Assembly (NCBI GenBank): GCA_963813025.1
Contig: CAWEXO010000014.1
Coordinates: 256,001-320,000, forward strand
Direction of reading: 5' to 3'
DNA: 64,000 bases
Source: an uncultured Verrucomicrobiae bacterium
GTDB lineage: Bacteria > Verrucomicrobiota > Verrucomicrobiia > Chthoniobacterales > JAFAMB01
Below the pieces are notes generated by a model. It had not been told where the DNA came from, searched no databases, and saw only the letters and a program-made list of their open reading frames with translations. Numbering within the stretch: the first letter of the stretch is position 1; each line of letters begins with the position of its first letter. Of this stretch, positions 11,471-21,070 are shown piece by piece. The translations under genes were made by a program, and so were the position numbers.

Positions 11471-12526
11471 TTATTCGCTCTGGGGAACCGCAGAGAATGC
11501 TCCCGGCACACCTTGGGCCGTCCTGCCGAGTTTCGTGCGGCGCTTCGCGGCTGTCACGGCGAGTCCGACCGCGAGGATGAGCATGGCTCCGTCAAAAATT
11601 GGTTCGACGAAGAACGGGGCTCCCATTTGGTTGAGGCCGGCAACTGTCACTGCAAGAACTGCGACGGCCAGAATCGTGCCCCAGACGTTGACGCGACCTG
11701 GTCGGATCGATGTTGCTCCCAGAAGTGCGGCAGTAAAGGATGGAAGCAGATATTCCTGTCCCACCGAACTCTGCCCGACCTGAAGCTGCGACTGGAGTAC
11801 GATTCCTGCGAAAGCGGAGATGATCCCCGTTACCAGAAAGGCACCGGTAACGTAACGCCTGGCTGAGATGCCGTTCAGCTCGGCGGCTCGGGGACTAGCG
11901 CCGAGGACGTACAGGTACCGGCCGACGGGCAGGTACTCGAACACAACCCAAAGCGATACGCTCAGCACCAACACATAGATCGCCGGCAACGGGATCCCAA
12001 ACACTGCTCCGGAGATGTTGATGAAACTCTCGGGAAGAGCGGCGACTACCTGCTGCCCGCCGGTGTACCACTCGTTAAAGCCATAGAGCAGCGTCCCGGT
12101 CCCGAGCGTGGCAATGAAGCTGTCAATGCCGACGATCGTGACCAGGATCCCATTGGCCAGGCCGACTGCGGCTCCGAGCAGCAAAACCACGCCCGACGCC
12201 TCCGGCCATGTCAATCCCTGGCCCTGCAGCCCGATTACCAGGACCTGGGAGATGCCAAGAAGAAAACCTACCGAAAGATCGAAGTGATTGGCGGTCATCG
12301 GCAAGAAAACGGCAAGCGCAAGCAATGCCTGAACCGACTTGTTGTTCACGATCGAGCGAAAATTGAAATACGTCGGAAACGTATCCGGCTTAATGATTGA
12401 AAATGCGATAACAAGCGCGACCAGAAGTATCAATAAGCTCCACACCGAAATGAGATGTGCGAGTGCGTAGAGCCGAAATTCGTCTGCCTGGGTTCCGGAC
12501 GCTTCACGTCGTTGTCTCCGGTTCAT
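11471..12526 (-). CDS. Monosaccharide ABC transporter permease (RbsC-like)
   Basis: Hydrophobic protein with FDLSVG, IDSFIATLG and AAELNGI. Confidence 0.9.
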   Translation of the reverse strand: MNRRQRREASGTQADEFRLYALAHLISVWSLLILLVALVIAFSIIKPDTFPTYFNFRSIVNNKSVQALLALAVFLPMTANHFDLSVGFLLGISQVLVIGLQGQGLTWPEASGVVLLLGAAVGLANGILVTIVGIDSFIATLGTGTLLYGFNEWYTGGQQVVAALPESFINISGAVFGIPLPAIYVLVLSVSLWVVFEYLPVGRYLYVLGASPRAAELNGISARRYVTGAFLVTGIISAFAGIVLQSQLQVGQSSVGQEYLLPSFTAALLGATSIRPGRVNVWGTILAVAVLAVTVAGLNQMGAPFFVEPIFDGAMLILAVGLAVTAAKRRTKLGRTAQGVPGAFSAVPQSE

Positions 12527-14022
12527 GACTCACGCCTGCAGCGAGTGCGGTCAAATTGGTGACATTGATATTTTTGCGATCGATCTCGGCCGTCAACTTG
12601 CCGCGGCCGAAGACCAGCGCGCGATGGCACACCTTCTCCACCTCGTCGAAGTCGGAGGAAATCAGAAGCACAGCACGGCCTCGTTCATCGGCGATCCGCA
12701 GATCGCGGTAAATTTCCGCTTTTGACCCGATATCCACCCCGATTGTCGGCTCCTCGAGAATGAGCAGCCGAACATTGGCTTCCATCCACCGCGCCACAAC
12801 TACCTTTTGCTGATTCCCGCCACTAAGGGTGGCAATCGGCCGTGTGGGGTCCGGGGGCCGCACGGAGAACCTCGCCAGCGCTTCTCTGCACATGCGGAGT
12901 TCCGTGCCATGCCCGACTGGGTGGAACGGCGCGATACCCCTGGCTTGCGAGTTTATATACAGATTCTCGAGTACGGTGAGGTTGTGAGCGAGGCTCTCTT
13001 CGGCTCTGCGGCTGGAGACGAAGCCGATGCCTTTCCGTATGGCATCGGCGGGATCGGTAATTTTGGCTTCGCGGCCCTGGAAGATGATTTTTCCGGAATT
13101 CACTGGCAATGCTCCAAAGATCGCGCGACCCACAGCGTGGTGCCCCGCGCCGCGCAGACCTACGAGTGCCAGCGTCTCGCCCGGATAGATCTCGAACGAT
13201 ACGGGACCGACTAGCCCTGTCCCGCTTTCCTGCGGTACGACCAACTGCTCCACGGAGAGCAACGGGACTGGTGGAACCTGGCCGGGCTAGCGATGGCCGT
13301 TTCGGCAAGTGCGCCGCCGACAATCCACGACACGAGATTGCCCGGCGAGGTCTCGCTGACTGCGCGGGTTGCTACCTGCCGGCCGTCCCGGAGCACCGTC
13401 ACGCGGTCCGCGATGCGGAAGACTTCATCCAGCCTGTGTGTGACATAAAGAAGCCCGATACCACTGGCCCTGAGCCGCTTCAGCTTGTCGAGCAACAGAT
13501 CGACATCGCCGGCCGGCAGCGCGGCAGTCGGCTCGTCGAGGACGAGAAGATCACTGCGAAAGGCAAGCGCTCGAGCGATCGCTACGATCGATTTTTCCGC
13601 CGCCGACAGTGTGCCGACTTGCGCATTCGGCGTTGATCGAGCTCTCCATGGTCCTTAGGGCCGCAACGGCGGCTGCTGTTGCGCCCCGCCAGTCGATAAT
13701 GCCTCTCTTACGAGGATATCCGGTTAAAAGGGCAATGTTCTCGGCCACCGTCATGCTGTCGACCAATCCAAGGTCCTGGTGGATAAAAGCGATAGGGAGA
13801 TGCCCCGTAGTCGGATCTACGGCCTCTCCCCGCCAACGGATGACTGCCGGCCGTTGGTGCATAGATGCCCGCCAGTATCTTGATTAGGGTGGACTTCCCG
13901 GCGCCGTTCTGGCCAAGGAGCGCATGGATCTCGCCACTTCTGACGTCAAGATCAACTCGATCAAGTGCCAGCGTACCGGTAAACTGTTTGACGATACCGC
14001 TCAGCTCGAGGACGGGGTTCAT
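12504..14022 (-). CDS. Monosaccharide ABC transporter ATP-binding protein (RbsA-like, two NBDs), broken by about 3 frameshifts
   Basis: Consecutive frames give [25 protein letters not shown] / YVTHRLDE and [14 protein letters not shown]. Confidence 0.85.
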
Positions 14023-14041
14023 CGCACCCCGCACGTCGCTA

Positions 14042-15167
14042 TCAAGATCCGACCCCCCAGATTTGGAGATAGTGTTTCTTATAGTCGTTGTCCGGGACGA
14101 AGATGTTCTTCGTGCCGCCCGCCTCGTTCACGTTTTTCGGAGTGACCAGGTAGGGCGGTTGAACAAATCCGCTCGGCGGGGCCTTGTTGAACGCACGATT
14201 GAATTCGTCGATGGCCTGGTAAGCCTGCAACTCGATCGGCTCGGAAACTGTGACCGTCTGGTACTGGTTACCTTTCCGAATCCGTTCGTAGGCGGAGCGA
14301 TTCCCATCGGCACCGATGAGTTTGACTTGATCGGGCGTTGACGCCCGCGGCACGCAATGCCGGAACCGCGAAATCAAGATCGTTGTCGCCGACAGAAGTG
14401 ACATAGAGCGGTAAGCCAAAGCGTTGGACCCAACTGGTGGTGAGTTGTGGCATTCTTTGCGCAGCTTCCGACGCCGGGAAATTGACATAGTCGAGAACCT
14501 TGCAGCCCGGACAAGCCTGGATTTCGTCACGGGTTGCGCCCGACTTCGTTGCCGCAATCTGATACTCGTTGTGGGTCACGACAACGACATGCGCCTTGCC
14601 GTCGCTGTCGGCAATCGCCCAGTCGGCTTCCGCCTTTCCGATCTCTCTTGGATCCTCCTGGATGTTAACGAACAGATGGAGATCCGGAGCCGGTCCCGGC
14701 AAAGACGCAGCGTGGAGGCCGATGACCGTGATGCCTTGGTCGATTGCTGTGCGAATCGGATCTTGAAGGCTTTTCGCGTCCGCAAATATTGCTATTCCGT
14801 CAGGCTTAAGGGCGATCGCCTGATTGAAGCCCGCTACCCAGCTCGCCGGACTACCTTTGCCGTCAATGACCGTGAGTTTCCAGCCCAGTTTGGCTGCGGC
14901 TTCCTTCATATAAAGCCCGTACTCGCGCGAAATATCGTTCTGCTCGTCTCCGGACAGGTAGACGATGAACTTGCCCTTGGCCGGAGTGGGTGCTGAGGTC
15001 GGTCCCTGCCAAGCCGTCTGCGGCCCGGAATAGCGCACAACCGCCGCCTTCGCAGCCGATACCGCATCCTCCGCTGCGCCCACGAGTTCGCCTGAAAAAA
15101 GGAAACCAGAAAAGCCGAGAGCGGAGCAAGCGAGCACCCTTAGCGCCCGGGATCGCACATACTGCAT
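14042..15167 (-). CDS. Sugar ABC transporter substrate-binding protein (RbsB-like), one frameshift near 14335
   Basis: Signal peptide and WQGPTSAP. The C-terminal part ([18 protein letters not shown]...YLQIWG) lies in the adjacent frame. Confidence 0.85.
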
Positions 15168-15206
15168 GGGTCGTCTCCTAGTTGCGGCGCCTTCGTCGGC
15201 ACCATT

Positions 15207-15219
15207 CCAATATTATTGG
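15207..15219. promoter_or_regulatory. Candidate operator CCAATA-T-TATTGG upstream of the minus-strand sugar ABC operon
   Basis: AT-rich 6-1-6 inverted repeat about 40 bp upstream of the ATG at 15167, with a TTGACT -35-like hexamer further upstream on the minus strand. Confidence 0.4.
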
Positions 15220-15700
15220 CCCATCAATCTGGGCTGAGCTCGCGGAGGCAGTCAATCAAAATCCTGGACGCAGCTCATCTTGATTGCATGTAGCAGGACC
15301 CGCAAAGCGATTGCCTCTTGAAAACGAACATTGAATCTGGGGAACGCAATCTCGGTCGACGAGCTTGGAGGTGATCCGTCCTCTGAGCCGAGAGAGGAAG
15401 AAGGTGTTAGCAAAATCGATCGCGGGGGGTCTCCGACAAAGACGAATTCGGGGCGGTCCACCTGGTATTTTCCCGAGAGAGAGCCGTCACGCCGGTGTTG
15501 ATGACTTTTGAAATAGAATTTGACAAGTGCACCTCGAACTGCATGTGCCTGTTGCGCACTCTTCCGATTTCATTATGGCGAGGTAATCGCCGGTGGCTGA
15601 TACACAGCTGGCATTCCCGGTGGCAGAACCAAGGGTTAGAGTCGGATTGATGTTCGACTGTTTTGGTTTTATGATGCGAGATCACCCACATTCGGGATTT

Positions 15701-15880
15701 TCACCAAGGCTTGTCAGTCCTCTGTAACCAACGATAATACTGAGACAGACCTCGCGTCGCATGGACGAAGAACACCTTCGTGGAAGCGGGTGACCACAGA
15801 CGAGTGAAAATCGCTTTCGCTAGCGGTTGCCTCTCGGTCGTTTTCAGGAGAAAGACTGGAGCTTTAGTTATTGGCATCAT
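15701..15880 (-). CDS. Possible 59-aa ORF behind the duplicated promoter; only the first ~10 codons resemble the DUF1348 start
   Basis: MMPITKAPVF versus MLPRTKPPF at 20740. The remainder is unrecognised. Confidence 0.25.
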   Translation of the reverse strand: MMPITKAPVFLLKTTERQPLAKAIFTRLWSPASTKVFFVHATRGLSQYYRWLQRTDKPW

Positions 15881-16010
15881 GGCAGCCAACCTCCGAGATC
15901 TAAGTTGAGTACAGTTACTTTCTTCATATTTTGCTAATTGTGACTTTGTTGTTCGGTTTACTGTTTGTTCGCGCGGCGAGCGCCGTACAAGCATGTGTGT
16001 TGTTGTTGTC

Positions 16011-16078
16011 AGTCTATTCACGAGTAGACGGCGCTGCCATTAGCCTAACGAGCATTTCTTACTTACCCTAAGGGGTAA
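16011..16078 (-). promoter_or_regulatory. Promoter P1: tandem NarL-type boxes plus -10
   Basis: Minus strand reads TTACCCCTTAGGGTAA-7nt-ATGCTCGTTAGGCTAA-23nt-TAGACT. It is part of a ~230-bp diverged inverted copy of 20538-20770. Confidence 0.7.
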
Positions 16079-16133
16079 TGAACGAGTCACGTCTCGGCGG
16101 CTCGCAGCGGAGTTCGAAACCACGAGGTGTGGT

Positions 16134-17168
16134 CTAAGTCAGGGAAACGACGATCTTCCCGACTTGAGCGCCCGTTTCGATGTATTGGTGCGCCGGCACA
16201 TATCCCTCCAAGCCATAAAAGACGCGGTCGATTTTCGCGGTAAACGACCTTGAGGCAAGTCCTCTCCTGATAAACCTCTTTGCCCTTGCTGTTGCCTGCA
16301 AGTTGGCGGACAGACCCAATCTTGAATTTCCGGTGAAATCGAAGACCCTGAATCCGGCATGGAGTTTAATCCCGCGCAAGAAGCAAGCGCCGAAAGGTAA
16401 CGATGTTGCGCCAGCTTTTCCGCCAAGCGCACCGTAGACAATCACCTGACCAAGCCGCTTGGTCGCCCAAACCAATTCCTCGAGACCAGGGCCGGCAACG
16501 GCATCGTAAATTACGTCTGCTCCGAGGCCGTCGGTGATATCGACGATCGTTTCCCGTACGTCTGCATCGCCTACTACGACTACACGCTCGGCTCCGGCCG
16601 CAATCAGCTCGGGAGTTTTTTTTGCGGATCTCGTTAATGCAATGCCCTTCGCACCGATCGCCCTGATCAGTTGGAGGGCGGCAATTCCGGTGGAAGAACT
16701 GGCCGCGGTGACAACCACGTATTGGCCCCTTTGAAGCTCCGCCATTTCCACCAAGGCAAAGTAGGCGGTAAAGAGGCCCGTGTTAACTGCTGCCGCCTCG
16801 ATCGGACTGAGGTTCTTGGGATAGAGTAATAGAGCGTGGTCAGGATAGAGGATCGCTTCGCCGTGCGCTCCATAGTCAAGCAACGAGACTGCCGGAAGGG
16901 TGGATACCTCGTCGCCGACCTTCAAACCAACAGCCTTCCCAACGGCCACGATAGTGCCCGCTGCATCATATCCAATTTGAGCAGGGAACACCGGATCTTC
17001 GATATAGCGGCCTTCTCGCCAGAGGACATCAGTCCGGCTCAGGCCCATGGCCGTTACCTTGATCAGGACCTCGTTTTCTCTCGGTTCGGGTAGCGGGACT
17101 TTGTCGGTCCTCAATACGTCCGGGCCCCCGGTTTGATTGAAGCGGATCAGTTTTCTTGCCGCACACAT
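16134..17168 (-). CDS. MDR-superfamily NADPH:quinone oxidoreductase-like protein
   Basis: Motifs GGPDVL, P.P..NEVLIKV, IGYDAAG, VTAASSSTG and GKIVV. The start may be further upstream (GTG at 17288). Confidence 0.88.
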   Translation of the reverse strand: MCAARKLIRFNQTGGPDVLRTDKVPLPEPRENEVLIKVTAMGLSRTDVLWREGRYIEDPVFPAQIGYDAAGTIVAVGKAVGLKVGDEVSTLPAVSLLDYGAHGEAILYPDHALLLYPKNLSPIEAAAVNTGLFTAYFALVEMAELQRGQYVVVTAASSSTGIAALQLIRAIGAKGIALTRSAKKTPELIAAGAERVVVVGDADVRETIVDITDGLGADVIYDAVAGPGLEELVWATKRLGQVIVYGALGGKAGATSLPFGACFLRGIKLHAGFRVFDFTGNSRLGLSANLQATARAKRFIRRGLASRSFTAKIDRVFYGLEGYVPAHQYIETGAQVGKIVVSLT

Positions 17169-17315
17169 CGCAGATTGTTCATCTTCCACGCAAGTTTCCG
17201 AGTAGAAGCCAAGCAGAGCCCGTCCGACCGCTGCACAGAATTTACGAATCCAAACTGAGTGAGAAAAACTCTGTCCCGGAAATAGCACGCACCCGCTCTA
17301 TCAGGTTTCTCTACG

Positions 17316-17383
17316 AGACTAATCACGTATGCGTCTTGCCTCTATTCTCCAGAAGGGTAGTTCTGTGTTACCCGAAAGGGTGA
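17316..17383 (-). promoter_or_regulatory. Promoter P2: tandem NarL-type boxes plus -10, driving the oxidoreductase
   Basis: Minus strand reads TCACCCTTTCGGGTAA-7nt-CTACCCTTCTGGAGAA-23nt-TAGTCT. Confidence 0.62.
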
Positions 17384-17390
17384 TCATATC

Positions 17391-19847
17391 TTGCTTTTGC
17401 AAGGAAGCAATCTGTGCGAGACTGGCCAGTTTACTGCCAGAGCAAGCGTGAAGAATCGCCGGGCAGAATTTTCCAGAACAGACGATGCGTCGTTGCGTGA
17501 GGACAGCAGGCGCAAGGCCGGCGAGGTTCTAAAACGAAGCCTGAAGGCGCTAGCTGGCGATCAGCAACTGGGCGCCTTTCTTGATCAAGTCCTGGCGGTC
17601 CTCACGGAACAGCTCGGCGGACTCGCCTCGACCCTTTGGCTCCTGGACAACGATAAACGCCACCTCTGTTTGCATTCGATCTGCGAGGATGGGCGGGTGG
17701 TGGCGGCTAGGGAATCCAGGCATCCGTTTGCCCAGAAGCCGTATCGAATAGCAACGGCCGACCCAACCTGGATCGCGATAGAAGCGAAGCGTCCCTTTGT
17801 TCAGTACGACCCGGCTAGCAACGTCGGCTATTTTCCGTCGGTCCAGCGAGCGCTCTTTTCCAAGCTGGGCGTCCGGGCTTTGGTTTGGTTGCCATTGGTT
17901 TTCGGCGACGATCTTATTGGGGTACTCGCGGTTCGGATGTCGAAAGAGTGCGCAGTCGATGACGAGGAACTCGAGCTTGCTCATGCCTTGGCGCAACAGG
18001 TCACCGTGGCCCTTGAGCTGACCAAGCGGGCCGAACAAGGAAAGCAGGCGGCCATCGCAGTTGAACGGGAGAAGCTGGCCAACGAACAAGCTTCTAAGCT
18101 TTCGAAGACAAACGCGGCGCTGAAGCAAAGCCTCCAGGCATTGGCGCAAGATCCGGATCTGAACAGTTTTCTTGGTCATTTACTCGTCGAAATGGCTCAC
18201 CAATTTGAGACGAATACGTCAGCGGTCTTTATCATACAGCGCCCAAACCGGAGATTGTTTCCGCACCTTATCTACGAGAATGGGCACCTGATTCGGGGAG
18301 AAGATTCTGACCACCCGATTGTGAAGAATCCTCGCGTGTTTGCGGACGATGATCCGGTCTGGCTCACCTTTTGCCGCAATCAACCAGTCATCAGGCGCAA
18401 TCCTCAGTCGGATACCAGCCTCGGCTGGACGCAGGCTCACCGAGCCTACTACACCAGGAAAGGGATTACTGGAATTCTCAACGTGCCGCTCATTTTCGGT
18501 GGCGAGGTCGTTGGGACCCTTGCGCTACAGTTCAGTGATCAGCGGAACATTGATCAAGCGGCAGTCGAGCTCGCGCAGACCTTTGGCCTGCAAGCCACCT
18601 TGGCGCTTCAGCTCACCAAGATGGCCGAGCAGTCAAAGCAGATCGCGATTGCCAAGGAACAGGCACAGTTCACCCTCCAGAGAGCGGCAGAGTTGGGAAA
18701 GGCGAATGAGGCGTTACGTGCATGTCTGGATGCGCTCGCCTCTGTGCCGGAACTGGATGAGTTCCTCGGGCAAGTGATGGGCGCAATGACGCGACAACTG
18801 GGTGCGGCGTCTTCCGTTTTGCGATTGCGCAACTTCGAACAGAACGTTTTGACCTTAGAGCTTGTTTTTCAAGACGGCCGCGTGATGACTCCTGCGGAAG
18901 CAAATTATCCGGCGGAGTTGCAAACGTATCCGCTCGATGAGCGACAACACAGGATGTTAAAACCACCGGCGGTCGTTTTACATCATCTGGACGCGACTAC
19001 GTCGGTCCCCGATATATTTGTCCCTGATGCATTCCGGGCTTACTTCCTTGGGCTGGGCGTAAAGACATCGCTGATCATTCCGTTGAACTTGGCCGGCCAG
19101 TTGCTCGGCATTCTATCGTTTCGGTTCACCGAGGACCGGGAATTTCTCCCGGAAGAGCTCGAAATCGCTCGAGCCCTGGCCAGTCAGGCCAGCCTCGCGA
19201 TTCGTCTCACCCGACTGGCGAAGGAAGCGAGACAATCTGCCGTTCTGGGAGAGCGGAATCGAATGGCAGGCGAGATTCATGATTCTCTAGCGCAAAGTTT
19301 TGTTGGAATTGCCATGCAACTGGACGCCGCGGAGGCCGCTCCTTCCAAGGCGAAGAGCCTGACCCATATCCGAAGGGCAAACGAACTCGCGCAATTTGGT
19401 CTCGCTGAAGCACGGCGCTCGGTGCTCAGCTTGCGAGCCGGAGTACAAACGGGAGGACTGGTTAAAGCCATTCAACAACTCGTTGAACGTTCGAACGTGC
19501 CCGGTATTTTGCGTTGCGAGCTGCAATCGGAGGAAATCCCCGATGAGAGTATACCTTCTCAGGTCAGGCATGAGCTTGTTAGAATCTGTCAGGAAGCGAT
19601 GAGCAACGCTGTTCGCCATGCCAGACCCACTGTCATTACCACCACCCTGCGTTGGGACATACCGAAGCTCACCCTTCAGGTCAAAGACAATGGATCGGGG
19701 ATGAGCGAGCATTGTCTCGAACAAAACGCTGGCTTTGGAATCGCCAATATGCGTGCACGGGTCGAGAAGCTCGGAGGGAAGTTGCAAATCGAGGCCGGCG
19801 TAGGCCGCGGAACGAGCATCATTGTCACCTTGCAACTCGGGCCATAA
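17391..19847 (+). CDS. Cytoplasmic sensor histidine kinase with three tandem GAF units (HisKA_3 / NarX-like transmitter)
   Basis: Three internal repeats (L..SL.ALA....L..FL..., PL.FG....G.L, ELA..LA.Q...AL.LT..A), H-box ERNRMAGEIHDSLAQ, EAMSNAVRHA, DNGSG and GFGIANMRAR. No TM helix seen. Confidence 0.92.
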   Translation: MLLQGSNLCETGQFTARASVKNRRAEFSRTDDASLREDSRRKAGEVLKRSLKALAGDQQLGAFLDQVLAVLTEQLGGLASTLWLLDNDKRHLCLHSICEDGRVVAARESRHPFAQKPYRIATADPTWIAIEAKRPFVQYDPASNVGYFPSVQRALFSKLGVRALVWLPLVFGDDLIGVLAVRMSKECAVDDEELELAHALAQQVTVALELTKRAEQGKQAAIAVEREKLANEQASKLSKTNAALKQSLQALAQDPDLNSFLGHLLVEMAHQFETNTSAVFIIQRPNRRLFPHLIYENGHLIRGEDSDHPIVKNPRVFADDDPVWLTFCRNQPVIRRNPQSDTSLGWTQAHRAYYTRKGITGILNVPLIFGGEVVGTLALQFSDQRNIDQAAVELAQTFGLQATLALQLTKMAEQSKQIAIAKEQAQFTLQRAAELGKANEALRACLDALASVPELDEFLGQVMGAMTRQLGAASSVLRLRNFEQNVLTLELVFQDGRVMTPAEANYPAELQTYPLDERQHRMLKPPAVVLHHLDATTSVPDIFVPDAFRAYFLGLGVKTSLIIPLNLAGQLLGILSFRFTEDREFLPEELEIARALASQASLAIRLTRLAKEARQSAVLGERNRMAGEIHDSLAQSFVGIAMQLDAAEAAPSKAKSLTHIRRANELAQFGLAEARRSVLSLRAGVQTGGLVKAIQQLVERSNVPGILRCELQSEEIPDESIPSQVRHELVRICQEAMSNAVRHARPTVITTTLRWDIPKLTLQVKDNGSGMSEHCLEQNAGFGIANMRARVEKLGGKLQIEAGVGRGTSIIVTLQLGP

Positions 19848-19849
19848 AG

Positions 19850-20494
19850 ATGAAGTCATCCTCGAAAGCGGCTGGAAAAGTCATCCGGATTCTCCTCGCT
19901 GACGATCACCCGGTAGTCCGAGAAGGTATGGTGAGTATTTTGAAAGCCAAGGATATCAAAGTGATCGGCGAAGCAAGCGACGGAGAGGAAGCATGTAGGC
20001 TCTACGATGAACTCTCCCCGGATATTCTCATCCTTGACCTGCGAATGCCTAAGAAAAACGGATTGCAGGTGGTAACTGAACTCATGTCGCGGGCACCGAA
20101 GCCGCGCATCATTGTCATGACGACCTACGAGGGTGAGGAAGACGTGCGTCGCGCCCTGAGTGCAGGAGCCAAGGGATATGTGCTCAAGGGAACGAAACGA
20201 GATCAGATCCTGGAAACGGTGCGGAAAGTATATGAAGGACAACCATCGTTGTCGCCGGAAGTCGCCGCCAAGCTGGCGGATTCGCTGACGCGTTCCCAGC
20301 TATCCGAACGTGAACTCCAGGTTCTGAAGCACATGGCTGCGGGTAAGAGCAACAAAGAGATTGCCCAGGTTATTTACGTGAGCGAAAACACTGTGAAGGC
20401 TCACGTGAAATCGATCCTCGCGAAGATGGACGCGATGGGAAGGACCGACGCCATCGCGATCGCGATCAAACGAGGCATGATCGAGATTACTTAA
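19850..20494 (+). CDS. NarL/FixJ-family response regulator (REC plus LuxR HTH)
   Basis: Motifs ADDHPVVREG, ILDLRMP, GYVLKG and LSERELQVL..MAAGKSNKEIA. Confidence 0.95.
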   Translation: MKSSSKAAGKVIRILLADDHPVVREGMVSILKAKDIKVIGEASDGEEACRLYDELSPDILILDLRMPKKNGLQVVTELMSRAPKPRIIVMTTYEGEEDVRRALSAGAKGYVLKGTKRDQILETVRKVYEGQPSLSPEVAAKLADSLTRSQLSERELQVLKHMAAGKSNKEIAQVIYVSENTVKAHVKSILAKMDAMGRTDAIAIAIKRGMIEIT

Positions 20495-20539
20495 GCCCAG
20501 GAAGCGGTTCGGGATTTGCGGCCGGTGTGGCCGCCTTCA

Positions 20540-20608
20540 TTACCCCTTGGGGTAAGTAAGAAATGCTCGTTTGGCTAATAGCAGGCGGCGTCTAGTTGTG
20601 AATAGACT
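20540..20608 (+). promoter_or_regulatory. Promoter P3: tandem NarL-type boxes plus -10, driving the DUF1348 gene
   Basis: TTACCCCTTGGGGTAA-7nt-ATGCTCGTTTGGCTAA-24nt-TAGACT. Confidence 0.7.
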
Positions 20609-20697
20609 GATAACCGACAAAGAAACCTGCTTTGTACGGTCCAGCGCCGGCGAAGTAATAACAGTAAACGGAAGAACAAGGTCACAGTCAGCGAAAT

Positions 20698-21063
20698 ATG
20701 AAAACGGTATCTGAACTTACGTGTCAGAGTATGGTTGCCATGCTACCAAGGACTAAACCGCCTTTCACCCGTGAGAGTGCCTTGGCCAAGATTGAGGCTG
20801 AGGAGGATGGTTGGAACAGTAGGGATCTAGACTATCGCGTGAAAAAGAGCCTCTGGTGCTACACCGAGAACCAGATTGGCGTTTCCTTCGAGTATCAATG
20901 GGATGATGAATCGGGACAGCGGTACAGATCTTCCGGAAACGAATTTTGGGAGTTTGACGCTGACGGACGGAGGCGGCAGCGAATCGTCAGGATTTATGAC
21001 GTTCCAATCAAAGAAGCCCACTGGAAGCGAAGCGGCGAAAGCTTTCCGCTGAAAAATCCGTAG
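20698..21063 (+). CDS. DUF1348 (NTF2-like) family protein with an internal in-frame deletion
   Basis: Motifs PPFTRESA..K...EDGWNSRD, LDYR..K.LW and GNE.WEFD..G. The segment normally between WNSRD and LDYR is absent. Confidence 0.75.
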   Translation: MKTVSELTCQSMVAMLPRTKPPFTRESALAKIEAEEDGWNSRDLDYRVKKSLWCYTENQIGVSFEYQWDDESGQRYRSSGNEFWEFDADGRRRQRIVRIYDVPIKEAHWKRSGESFPLKNP

Positions 21064-21070
21064 AACTGTC

